Notes under the pieces: generated by a model
What the model saw: only the letters and a program-made list of their open reading frames with translations
What the model was told of the DNA's origin: nothing
Database searches by the model: none
Shown: piece by piece, positions 9,773 to 19,204 of the stretch
How the letters are laid out: each line of letters begins with the position of its first letter
Numbering within the stretch: position 1 is the first letter of the stretch
Assembly: GCA_038870975.1 (NCBI GenBank)
Contig: JAVZJD010000001.1
Span: 704,001-768,000 of the forward strand
Origin: Candidatus Bathyarchaeia archaeon
GTDB lineage: Archaea > Thermoproteota > CALKCG01 > B24
Reading direction: 5' to 3'
DNA: 64,000 nt
Program-made: the position numbers and the translations under genes

Positions 9773-11281
9773 GTGGTAAATAAAGTGAATGTCAACTGGG
9801 CTCCAAGAGGTGGATATATGATAGTCTTACAATCGATTATAATACCCATGATCGCATCCATATTTACTTTAGTATTGGATGAACATTTTAAAGAGAAGGT
9901 AGGCTGGATAGCGTTCATAGCATCCCTTTCCTCAACCATATTGATATTAAATGTTGCTCTTGAGGGGGGATGCGTAGAGGTTTATCCATGGACGCCTACT
10001 ATTGGAGATTTTAAGCTTGTAGCCGACGGCATTAGCATACCTATAGCTATTACCATCTCCCTACTCTGTACGGTTATAGCTGTATATTCAATAAGCTATA
10101 TGAAGCATGAAGAAAAAATAGGGGCATACTTTACCCTGCTTCTTATCTACGAAGCCGGCATGATAGGTACAGTTTTCGTAGCAAATCTAGTCTTCTTCTT
10201 CTTATTCTATGAGCTTATGCTTCTCCCATCTTGGGCGTTGATTGCCATTTGGGGTACTGGAGCTAAGGAAAGAATAGCCCTTAAATACTTCATATTTACA
10301 GAAGCAGGGGCTCTATCCTTACTTGGAGGAATAGCCTCAACTAAAATCTTATCTGGGACTTTCGATATATTCGAAATAGCGAATGCTACTGCTACTCTCT
10401 CTCCGTATGTACTCGTTCCAATAGCTTCCGCTATGCTTCTCGGCTTTTTCGTCAAAATGGCTTTATTCCCATTACATACTTGGCTTCCAGACGCCCATGC
10501 TGAGGCCCCAACACCTATAAGTGCGCTCTTATCGCCAGCGATGATAGGATTGGGCGGCTATGCGTCTATAAGAGTGCTCTACACGTGTTTTCCGTCAATC
10601 TTAAACCTGTGGTGGTTCACAACGACTCTGACGGTTCTCGCTTTAATTACACTCATTTATGGAAGTTTAATGGTATACGTCCAAGATGATATTAAGAGGT
10701 TTCTAGCGTTCTCTAGCATAAGTCAGATGGGTTATATGTTTTTCGGGATATCAAGCCTTTCAACAACCGGGGTTTTAGGGGCAATCCTTATTTACATAAA
10801 TCACGGTTTATGTAAAGCCGTCCTCTTCATGGTTTCAGGTGTATTCAGCCATGAAGTTGGAACTAGACGTATAAGAGAACTCAGCGGTGTAGCTTCTAAA
10901 ATGCCCTATACTACGGTGGCTGCTGTAATCAGTTTTCTCGGGCTGGCTGGTGTTCCACCACTTGTAGGATTTTGGGCTGAACTTTACATATTCACTGGCT
11001 CCATCTACACGGCTTTAAAAGGCTCCCCTACCCTGGATATTACTAGGCTTGTACTGACGGTTGTTGCAATAATCTCAGCTATTCTGACAGCTGGTTATGG
11101 ACTATGGATTATACGTAGAGTTTTTGCTGGAAAACCAAGTAAAGCCGTTGAGAAATCGCATGAGCCATCTATGTTAATGTTAATGCCGCTGTTTATCTTA
11201 GCAATATTAGCCATAGTTTTAGGCGTATATCCATCACCCCTTATGGGCCTAATATCGTCTACTACTGGTGTTGGATTATGA
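9773..11281 (+). CDS. nuoM: Antiporter-like subunit M (true start probably ATG 9818)
   Basis: FFLFYELML, PLHTWLPDAHAEAP, GFWAE; GAGGTG SD-like sequence before 9818. Confidence 0.85.
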   Translation: MVNKVNVNWAPRGGYMIVLQSIIIPMIASIFTLVLDEHFKEKVGWIAFIASLSSTILILNVALEGGCVEVYPWTPTIGDFKLVADGISIPIAITISLLCTVIAVYSISYMKHEEKIGAYFTLLLIYEAGMIGTVFVANLVFFFLFYELMLLPSWALIAIWGTGAKERIALKYFIFTEAGALSLLGGIASTKILSGTFDIFEIANATATLSPYVLVPIASAMLLGFFVKMALFPLHTWLPDAHAEAPTPISALLSPAMIGLGGYASIRVLYTCFPSILNLWWFTTTLTVLALITLIYGSLMVYVQDDIKRFLAFSSISQMGYMFFGISSLSTTGVLGAILIYINHGLCKAVLFMVSGVFSHEVGTRRIRELSGVASKMPYTTVAAVISFLGLAGVPPLVGFWAELYIFTGSIYTALKGSPTLDITRLVLTVVAIISAILTAGYGLWIIRRVFAGKPSKAVEKSHEPSMLMLMPLFILAILAIVLGVYPSPLMGLISSTTGVGL

Positions 11282-11311
11282 ATTCTCCATGAATAATACT
11301 GGGGGTTACAT

Positions 11312-13195
11312 ATGTTACCCGTCGCAAATGCGAGCCGAATCATTGATATCCTCTTGGTTACGACAATCGCATCCTACATAGTTGGCCGCAAATTGAAGGA
11401 GTACACTGGTTTTATAACAGCTTCAGGGTTAATAATAACCACGTTAATCCTTCTCAAACTTATACCTGAAGTCTTAGAATCTGAGATTTACGAAGAATAT
11501 ACTTTTCTATCGGTTGTTCCTCTAGGATTTAGTTTTAGGATTGACGGGTTGAGTTTAACTTTAGCCTTAATCATAAGCTTTATTTCAACCCTCTCTTCCA
11601 TATACTCAATTCAATGGATAAAGGGCAAGGGTGCTCATGAAATTTACTTCAGCCTCATCTCTTTCTTATCACTTACGATGACGATAGTAGTCTTCACAAG
11701 CGATTTAATCATGCTATTCCTCTTCTGGGAGCTTACAGTTACCATTCCAGTCTTCTTAATAGCAAAATGGGGTTACGAAGGAAGCTTAACTACGGCCATT
11801 CGATTCTTCCTATTCTCTAGACTTGGCGGGGTGCTTCTTTTAGTCGGGCTAATCCTGGCCTACATATCCTTAGGATCATCGAATATGCACGTTCTAGCAG
11901 GTATTAGCCATGATTTGAAACCAGGAATCGCCACTCTAATAATTCTCCTAATGATTTTGGGATTCTCCGTTAAAATGGCGATTTGGCCATTCCATGGTTG
12001 GCTTCCGTCAACATACGTAGATGCACCAATACCTGTAACCGTATTGCTAAGCGGGGTTATGAGCAAACTAGGAGTCTATGGTGTGATTAGAGTCCTGCAA
12101 ATCTTCCACGGATTTGAATCTTTAGAAATTCAAAGTATTCTAACATCCTTAGCTTTAATCACCGCTTTATATGGTGGAATTATGGCTTTAAAAAGAGACG
12201 AACTAAGAGAAATCTTGGCATTTTCAAGTATGAGTCACATGGGCTATATACTCTTCGGTTTCTCTGCGCTTTCAACTCATGGACATGGCTTTTCAGGGGC
12301 TCTATTGCACATGGTAAACCATACGATAAGTAAAAGCATCCTATTCTTCTGTGCAGGATTCATGCTTCAAATCTTTGGGACAGCCAACGTTAAAGAGTTG
12401 AGAGGTAACTTTAGGCATCATCATCTAATACTCATATCCGCTATAATAGGTGCATTGGGGCTCATGGGTCTTCCACCAGCTATTGGATTCTGGAGCAAAG
12501 ACATGCTCCTAGGCTTCTCACTAGAACTCGGATATCCTGTTACAATTCTTATGTTTATTGTAGCTTTTCTATCAGTAGCTTACAACTTAAGATGGATTTT
12601 TTACGTTTTTACTGGGGTGAAATCTGACGGTGAAATCGGAAGACCTCCTCTCACTATGACCGTACCAGTGATACTACTCGCCGCTCTAGCAGTTACACCA
12701 TTAACTTACATGGATGTATTAACGCACCTTTTAAAAGTAGAGCATGTTACAATAGAATCCATCCCCCTCTTGATGACCATTATGGCTTCAGTCTGCGGCT
12801 TTCTATCCGTCTATCTAACAGCTTACAAGCATAGGCTTCAATTAGGCTGGCTTACTGGGATTTCAACTACGCTGTTAGATACGTTATCTCTCGAATGGCT
12901 CTACCTCGGTATTTTTGTGAATGGGTTGTTAAAGGCTGCGCATTGGATTTTCAATAACATCGAAACGTCTATTGATGCTCTCAACTATCTGACCGCGAAT
13001 AACCTACTTAAGTCTGCAAACTGGATTTTCAATAACATCGAAACGTCTATTGATGCTCTCAACTATCTACTTGCGAGAAGTGCGTTTCATCTTTCCCAGC
13101 AAGTGAGAAAGCTTCAGACTGGAATGCTATCCTACAATGTTCTAGCCATACTTTTAGCTATGATAATTCTATTGCTTCTTATACTACTAGTATAA
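11312..13195 (+). CDS. nuoL: Antiporter-like subunit L with C-terminal lateral helix
   Basis: LFLFWEL, PFHGWLP, GFWSKD; C-terminal RKLQTGMLSYN TM16 motif. Confidence 0.85.
   Translation: MLPVANASRIIDILLVTTIASYIVGRKLKEYTGFITASGLIITTLILLKLIPEVLESEIYEEYTFLSVVPLGFSFRIDGLSLTLALIISFISTLSSIYSIQWIKGKGAHEIYFSLISFLSLTMTIVVFTSDLIMLFLFWELTVTIPVFLIAKWGYEGSLTTAIRFFLFSRLGGVLLLVGLILAYISLGSSNMHVLAGISHDLKPGIATLIILLMILGFSVKMAIWPFHGWLPSTYVDAPIPVTVLLSGVMSKLGVYGVIRVLQIFHGFESLEIQSILTSLALITALYGGIMALKRDELREILAFSSMSHMGYILFGFSALSTHGHGFSGALLHMVNHTISKSILFFCAGFMLQIFGTANVKELRGNFRHHHLILISAIIGALGLMGLPPAIGFWSKDMLLGFSLELGYPVTILMFIVAFLSVAYNLRWIFYVFTGVKSDGEIGRPPLTMTVPVILLAALAVTPLTYMDVLTHLLKVEHVTIESIPLLMTIMASVCGFLSVYLTAYKHRLQLGWLTGISTTLLDTLSLEWLYLGIFVNGLLKAAHWIFNNIETSIDALNYLTANNLLKSANWIFNNIETSIDALNYLLARSAFHLSQQVRKLQTGMLSYNVLAILLAMIILLLLILLV
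12944..13068 (+). repeat. Perfect 47-bp direct repeat (period 78 bp) inside nuoL
   Basis: tggattttcaataacatcgaaacgtctattgatgctctcaactatct at 12944-12990 and 13022-13068; WIFNNIETSIDALNYL occurs twice. Confidence 0.97.
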
Positions 13196-14233
13196 TATGA
13201 GGGCCTTTCTTATATCTTCTTCAGGTATCTCTCTAATTTTTCCGTTTATGATTGTTATTAAATCATTGACTTCATAGAATTTGAGATTTAAGAAACCGAT
13301 TAAAATTCCTACATGGAATCTATCTCCTTGAAAAACTTTAGCACTTTCTTTTGCTATATGTCGTTTAAGTGATACTTCTACCTCAAATAATGTTTTCTCC
13401 CTACTTAGCAAAATGACTTTTCCATAATAGCTTTCCATTAAAATATCCACGGCTTTAGAAATAGACGGTGCAACATACATTTTAATAAGTGTATCATTCG
13501 TTATCTTGTAATATGCAGGAATTATAAGTTCTCCTATATTTCTAATATCTACTCCAATGTTTTTAATTCTTAAAACAGTCATAATATTCATAGCATCTGT
13601 TTCCACTCCTATTAGATGTTCTGCTATTTTTCTATCATATCCTTTTAACTTCTCTATCTCATTCCATATACGGCTCATAACATATCTATCCATGCTCATC
13701 TCTAATGGTATGGTTGAACCGATTTTTTTGGAAAAAGTCGTGTAAAAGTATGGGAATATGGATTCTTTTAATCTATCATCTAAGAAATCTACTATTTTTG
13801 ATAGATCTCTCGTGTCTAAAATTATTTTACAAACGTCTGCATTATATCTGCCAACTGGAACAATTATTTTAAATGCCTCTTCAGGACCCACATTTTGCGC
13901 TAAAAGTCTAATAAGTGTTTTTAAACAAGTCACCTCATGCCTCTCAAGTATTGCATTTAAAAGAGGCTTAACATAAGAAGGTGTTGCTGTTAAAATTTTG
14001 CGAAATGTGTCATAGTAGTGAATAAGAAGAGCTCTCTCTATATTCTCAATATTAAGCGTTTTATCAAGCACCTCAGATACCGCCTGTTTGTAAACAGTCT
14101 CCTCAAGCATCGTTAAGACTTTATGAGGGTCTCTTATTCTCAGTATTGTCTCATATTGAGACGGTGTTAAAATGAACGATTTTAGAGCGCCCGTAAGTGC
14201 CACGGCTGAAGCATAACGGCCAGTCTCTCTCAT
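13187..14233 (-). CDS. atpC: A/V-type ATP synthase subunit C
   Basis: Length 348 aa; ETDAMNIMTVLR, KFYEVNDLITIINGK; ATPase context. Confidence 0.85.
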   Translation of the reverse strand: MRETGRYASAVALTGALKSFILTPSQYETILRIRDPHKVLTMLEETVYKQAVSEVLDKTLNIENIERALLIHYYDTFRKILTATPSYVKPLLNAILERHEVTCLKTLIRLLAQNVGPEEAFKIIVPVGRYNADVCKIILDTRDLSKIVDFLDDRLKESIFPYFYTTFSKKIGSTIPLEMSMDRYVMSRIWNEIEKLKGYDRKIAEHLIGVETDAMNIMTVLRIKNIGVDIRNIGELIIPAYYKITNDTLIKMYVAPSISKAVDILMESYYGKVILLSREKTLFEVEVSLKRHIAKESAKVFQGDRFHVGILIGFLNLKFYEVNDLITIINGKIREIPEEDIRKALILY

Positions 14234-14413
14234 ACCGATAAAAACTTAATATATTCTACCTTATCTATTTTGCTACTTTTTAGTAATTCTGGTAAGAGAA
14301 TAGATTACGAGATAATTCTTCAAGGATATTTTTGAAGAAGGCTCAGTTGCTCGACATGTAAGTAGGTTTCATCAAGGGGGATTCAAGTTGATAAGATGAG
14401 TTGACCATTTAAC

Positions 14414-14644
14414 TTATTTTTTCGTTGGCTTTGTTAGAATAATATTTTTAGTCATCCAGAGTATAATTAAGCTGCCTAGGATAAAACCCAGTGTTCCTCC
14501 GATAAATGGTAGCAGTCTTCGAAGCGGCTCATCGAATTCATTTCTTATCATCCAACCTATATAAAAGCCTATCAACGCCGGTATAGGAATAAAAAGTATT
14601 ACTGAAATGTAAACACGGTAGAGTTTTTCGCGAATAAACTTCAC
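14414..14644 (-). CDS. Small 2-TM protein, AtpZ/ATPase_gene1-like
   Basis: GFYIGW...P.IGGTLGFILG pattern; overlaps the subunit I stop. Confidence 0.5.
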   Translation of the reverse strand: MKFIREKLYRVYISVILFIPIPALIGFYIGWMIRNEFDEPLRRLLPFIGGTLGFILGSLIILWMTKNIILTKPTKK

Positions 14645-16191
14645 CCTCTAGAAATTCCTAGTGAAAAGGGTTTATACTCTACATCCGTACCTGTATAGAA
14701 CTTTGAAAACCACTCTACCCAGTGTAGCCTTAATGTATGGAGAAATGCAAGAAATTGCTCAAGACCAAGTATGAGGAATAACGTCCCAAGTACGAATGCT
14801 ATAAAACCAACTGGACTAGCTGGTAGGATGAGTTTGCTAAGAAGTCCATGAGCCATATTTAAGGCAACAATCCGCAAATAGGACACCGTATGGGATATTG
14901 ACGATAGGAATTGCTCCATGGATTCTGCTACACCCTCCGTACCATGAAGCACGATGTTGGAAACAGCCATGGCTCCAAGCGGTAAGAAGACAAAGGGGAT
15001 GATGATTTCAAGATTTAGAATCATTTTGAAAACCCCCCAACCATATGTAAATACTAGGTAACTACCGCTCCAGTACAACCAGATCCATAACAGGGGGCTT
15101 AAAGCCTCCTTGTACTCTCTGTTTAAGAGTTTATTAACGAGGTTTATAATCAATCCTAAGCTTATATGAAACGTCCCGATTAAAATAGCGTATTTAATCA
15201 TCATCATTGGGTGTTCTAAAGGTGAAAACCACAGTGGTTCGTGTAGTCCGGTGAGGGTAGCAAACCATTCATGGGACCCAAAAAGTTCCCCATATAAGAA
15301 ACCAAAGATTATCGATGTAATTGCACATGCGATTAATAGAGGAGCTCCTTTTAAAACATATCCTACAATTCCACCAGGTTCTTTAGGCATTCGGCGTCTT
15401 ATCCAGCTGAAGAGGATACCGAATAGAAGTATAAGGAGACCGTGGCCGACATCTCCAAACATCATACCAAAGATTAGGGGGAAGGTAAATGCAAAAATTA
15501 TCGTAGGGTCGATTTCCCTGCCATTTAACGGTTTATAAGCACTTATCAGCTTGTGAAAAGCCTCTAAAGCTTTTGGGTAAGTCGCAACAGCTGGTATACT
15601 TTCTCCAGTTTCGGGGAGGATTTTAATGTATCCCATGTGTCTCTCAATACAGGCAGAAACTTCTTTTACCTTTTCCTCTGGTACATATCCTTCAAACACA
15701 TATACGGTTTTTATTTTAGCCATAGATCCCTTCGCTTCCTCCATGGTTTTAACCGTGGTCAATGTGTTAAACATGGAAGATAGAATTTTCTCCTTTTCTT
15801 CGGCTATCTTGGCAAACTCTCTTTCATAGTCTTTACGTTCTAACTCTGTTCTCTCACCTCGAATATGCATTATGTAACTTTCTATTCTCTCCACTTCCTT
15901 CTCTACCTCATTTAAATACGCATTTAAATCTCCAGTGGGAATACTAACATCTTCATCTTTTACCTTTATTTTCAGAAATGTTATGATGGAGTTTAGTCGT
16001 GAAATTAAATTGTTTATTCTAAATAATGTATCTTTTGTTTCAACGTATTGTACGTCCTTAAGTGTTTTACGGGCGTCTGAAAAATGAAAGCATTTAAGCC
16101 TCCCCAATTCATAAAGAAGTTCATTCAGTTTATCGCCATAAACGTATACTCTTACAGCAACCATCTTCGTCGGTAGGAGCATACTATCCAC
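14641..16191 (-). CDS. atpI: A/V-type ATP synthase subunit I (a)
   Basis: EIDPT...FGMMFGDVGHG, SYLRIVAL (essential Arg), LHTLRLHWVEWFSKFY. Confidence 0.92.
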   Translation of the reverse strand: MDSMLLPTKMVAVRVYVYGDKLNELLYELGRLKCFHFSDARKTLKDVQYVETKDTLFRINNLISRLNSIITFLKIKVKDEDVSIPTGDLNAYLNEVEKEVERIESYIMHIRGERTELERKDYEREFAKIAEEKEKILSSMFNTLTTVKTMEEAKGSMAKIKTVYVFEGYVPEEKVKEVSACIERHMGYIKILPETGESIPAVATYPKALEAFHKLISAYKPLNGREIDPTIIFAFTFPLIFGMMFGDVGHGLLILLFGILFSWIRRRMPKEPGGIVGYVLKGAPLLIACAITSIIFGFLYGELFGSHEWFATLTGLHEPLWFSPLEHPMMMIKYAILIGTFHISLGLIINLVNKLLNREYKEALSPLLWIWLYWSGSYLVFTYGWGVFKMILNLEIIIPFVFLPLGAMAVSNIVLHGTEGVAESMEQFLSSISHTVSYLRIVALNMAHGLLSKLILPASPVGFIAFVLGTLFLILGLEQFLAFLHTLRLHWVEWFSKFYTGTDVEYKPFSLGISRG

Positions 16192-16864
16192 CTTTGGGGG
16201 AAGGCCTTTCTCTATCTTGGAAGAGAATACGCGATACCTCTCTTATAAGGTCTTTCTTCATCCTTTTAATTCTCCCCTCAAAGGTATTGTCAAAAATAAC
16301 TGATTCATCTTTATTCGTAACCAAGGCTCCTCCTATAAAACTCATAGGTTTTAGAATAGTCTCAAACTTCGTCTTAACTCCAGTCTTCTCCTCTACCACT
16401 TTCGCTAGATTTTCAAAGTCAAGTTGACATGGCTTTGACAAAATCACCTTTAATTCCCCCCCTCCAATGGCTACGGCCGCCTCTAAAATCAATTTTTCCA
16501 AGATTTTCTCATACTCTGCTGAAGGTACCACCTTTTCCTTCAAAAACTCCATTACATTTTCAAAAACAGCTTCAATCAGTTTATTCTTCTCTTGAAGAAT
16601 CCTTAACCTATACGTAAGACGAGCTTTAGTTTCAGCTATACGTTTCATCATAATACTTTTGCTTTCAGCTTCTTGAACAATTCTTTCAGCTTCCTTTAAT
16701 GCTTTTATACGGGCCTCTTCTTTTGCAGCTTCAATTATTTTCATAGCCTCTTCTTCCGCTTTTTTAAGGATTTCCTGCGCCTCTTCCTCTCTCCGCATCC
16801 GTATTCTTTTTATGAAGTCTTCAAGTATAGTATCTTCATGTATAGTCTCCATAAAACTATTCAA
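16184..16864 (-). CDS. atpE: A/V-type ATP synthase subunit E
   Basis: Coiled-coil N-terminus; IGG.......IFDNTFEGR. Confidence 0.88.
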   Translation of the reverse strand: MNSFMETIHEDTILEDFIKRIRMRREEEAQEILKKAEEEAMKIIEAAKEEARIKALKEAERIVQEAESKSIMMKRIAETKARLTYRLRILQEKNKLIEAVFENVMEFLKEKVVPSAEYEKILEKLILEAAVAIGGGELKVILSKPCQLDFENLAKVVEEKTGVKTKFETILKPMSFIGGALVTNKDESVIFDNTFEGRIKRMKKDLIREVSRILFQDRERPSPKGG

Positions 16865-17174
16865 CCTCCAAAACTCTCTTAACTATAAAGCTTACTGCTT
16901 CCTGGGTTTTCGCTCTAGCGGTCTTCCTCAGCTTCTCAGCTTCCTCTTCAACAGTCCCCCTCATAATTCTTTCAGCCTCTTTCTCAGCCATTGCCAATAT
17001 TTCCCTTGCTTTCCTTTCAGCCTCCTCTAGGATACTTTTTCGAAGAGCATCAGCCTCCTTATCAGCTCTTAGAGAAGCTTCAGCAATCACAAGCTGAGCT
17101 TTCTTCTTTGCATCCTCAACAATTCTTTCCGCCTCCTCTTCAGCCTTCCGTATAATGTCAAATTCCTCATCCAC
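16857..17174 (-). CDS. atpH: A/V-type ATP synthase subunit H (G)
   Basis: IRKAEEEAERIVEDAK E/A/K-rich coiled coil directly upstream of E. Confidence 0.8.
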   Translation of the reverse strand: MDEEFDIIRKAEEEAERIVEDAKKKAQLVIAEASLRADKEADALRKSILEEAERKAREILAMAEKEAERIMRGTVEEEAEKLRKTARAKTQEAVSFIVKRVLEVE

Positions 17175-17428
17175 TTATGGTCAACCGATTTATTTTTCTT
17201 AAAAATCTTTTAAAGTTTTTGTTCGGTCTTTCGACTTTTAAAGTCATTCCGCAGTAACGTCTCTCTATTGGATTCTGTGAGTTTAAAGTTGCATTGTGTA
17301 GAAGTTATTTTAGTAGCCGTCCTTACGTTTTCGCCATCTTTTCATGTACAGATTTGAACATTTGTTGCATCAGCGTGAAGTTAAGCCTATATACGACTAG
17401 TCACTCATATTTACGCTGACGTGATGGT

Positions 17429-19204
17429 ATGCCAGTAAGAGGCACGATATCTAGAATAGTCGGGCCTTTCGTTATGGCTAAAAATACTACAGGATTACAT
17501 ATGTACGAGCTTGTAAGAGTTGGAGAGGAAGGGGTCATAGGTGAAGTCATAGGACTCAGTGGAAACAATGCGTTTATACAGGTTTATGAAGAGACTATTG
17601 GCTTAAGACCGGGGGAGCCAGTCGAGGGAACGGGGAAACCGCTCTCCGTAGAACTAGGCCCAGGTTTAATTGGACATATATTCGATGGTATTCAAAGGCC
17701 TCTACACGTCATCCAAGACATGGTAGGCTTCTTCATAAGAAGGGGATTAACTCCTAATGCACTTGATAGAAGCAGAAAGTGGTTTTTCCAACCCGTTGCC
17801 AAGGTTGGGTCCAAGATTCCAGAGAGTATACTCGGGTTAATAGATGAAACCCCTGCTTGTAAACATAAGGTCCTCGCACCACCGAGTATTGAAGGCACTA
17901 TAGAATATATAGCTTCTGAAGGCGAGTATACAGTTGAAGATACTATAGCTGAGGTCAGAGCCGGGGGAGAGAAAATAGGTTTAAAGCTTATGCATACATG
18001 GCCAGTGAGAAAACCTAGACCATATAAGTCCAAACTTCCTCCCAACATACCTTTAACAACTGGGCAAAGAGTTATAGACGCTTTCTTCCCTATGGCTAAA
18101 GGTGGAACCGCTGCAGTTCCAGGAGGTTTCGGAACTGGGAAAACCGTGTTACAACACACTCTAGCTAAGTATGCCGATGCCGACATAGCTATATTCGTCG
18201 GCTGTGGTGAAAGAGGAAATGAAATGGCTGGGCTTATCGATGAAATATCTAAATTGAAGATTCCTGGGACGGACTACCCACTATTGGACAGAACGATACT
18301 GATAGTTAACACATCTAACATGCCTATTGCCGCTAGAGAAGCAAGTATTTACACTGGAATAACGATAGCTGAGTATTATAGAGATATGGGGTATGATGTA
18401 ATACTGATGGCCGACTCCACCTCCAGATGGGCTGAAGCTTTAAGAGAAATATGCGGTAGGCTTGAAGAGATGCCCGGTGAAGAAGGGTATCCTGCCTACT
18501 TAACTACGAGGCTTGCCGAGTTCTACTCTAGAGCTGGTAGAGTAGTGACTTTAACCGAAGAAGAAGGGTCTGTAGCAGTAGTTGGAGCGGTGTCACCTCC
18601 AGGAGCGGATTTCTCAGAGCCTGTAACTCAGAGCACACTTAGACTTACTAAGGTTTTTTGGGCTTTAGATTTTAACTTGGCGCATAGAAGACATTTCCCT
18701 GCTATAAATTGGTTAACAAGCTATTCTATGTATTTTGATTCGATGAGAGACTGGTATGAGAAAAATGTAGCTCAAGACTGGTCTCTTATCCGTACCGAGG
18801 CTATGAACCTCTTAAGGGAAGAGGAAGAGCTTAGAGAACTTGTCGCCTTACTAGGTCCGGAAGTTTTAACGGAAACTCAGCGTTTAACGCTTGAGATTGC
18901 TAGAATAATTAAGGAAAGCTTCCTTAGACAGAGTGCCTTTCACCCGATAGATGTATACTGCCCATTAGATAAAACATATCAAATGCTTAACTTAATATTT
19001 AAGTTGAGAGATAAAATGAGAGATGCAATTAATAAGGGTATTCCCTTGGCAGAACTGCTATCGTTACCCGTTGTGGAGATTATTTCAAGGATGAAAATAG
19101 TCGACTATGAAGAGTTTAGGAAAACAATTCCAACTATAAACCGAAGTATAGATGAACAAATAGATAAGCTTATTGAAAAATCCGCAAAAGGCGGGGGTTC
19201 TTAA
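17429..19204 (+). CDS. atpA: A/V-type ATP synthase subunit A
   Basis: GGFGTGKT, GCGERGNEM, ADSTSRWAEALRE, PAINWLTSYS. Confidence 0.97.
   Translation: MPVRGTISRIVGPFVMAKNTTGLHMYELVRVGEEGVIGEVIGLSGNNAFIQVYEETIGLRPGEPVEGTGKPLSVELGPGLIGHIFDGIQRPLHVIQDMVGFFIRRGLTPNALDRSRKWFFQPVAKVGSKIPESILGLIDETPACKHKVLAPPSIEGTIEYIASEGEYTVEDTIAEVRAGGEKIGLKLMHTWPVRKPRPYKSKLPPNIPLTTGQRVIDAFFPMAKGGTAAVPGGFGTGKTVLQHTLAKYADADIAIFVGCGERGNEMAGLIDEISKLKIPGTDYPLLDRTILIVNTSNMPIAAREASIYTGITIAEYYRDMGYDVILMADSTSRWAEALREICGRLEEMPGEEGYPAYLTTRLAEFYSRAGRVVTLTEEEGSVAVVGAVSPPGADFSEPVTQSTLRLTKVFWALDFNLAHRRHFPAINWLTSYSMYFDSMRDWYEKNVAQDWSLIRTEAMNLLREEEELRELVALLGPEVLTETQRLTLEIARIIKESFLRQSAFHPIDVYCPLDKTYQMLNLIFKLRDKMRDAINKGIPLAELLSLPVVEIISRMKIVDYEEFRKTIPTINRSIDEQIDKLIEKSAKGGGS

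Noticed and set aside
12944-13068. Repeat-spacer-repeat pattern as a mini CRISPR array
   Set aside because: Only two units, in frame within nuoL, flanks also similar at protein level, and no cas genes
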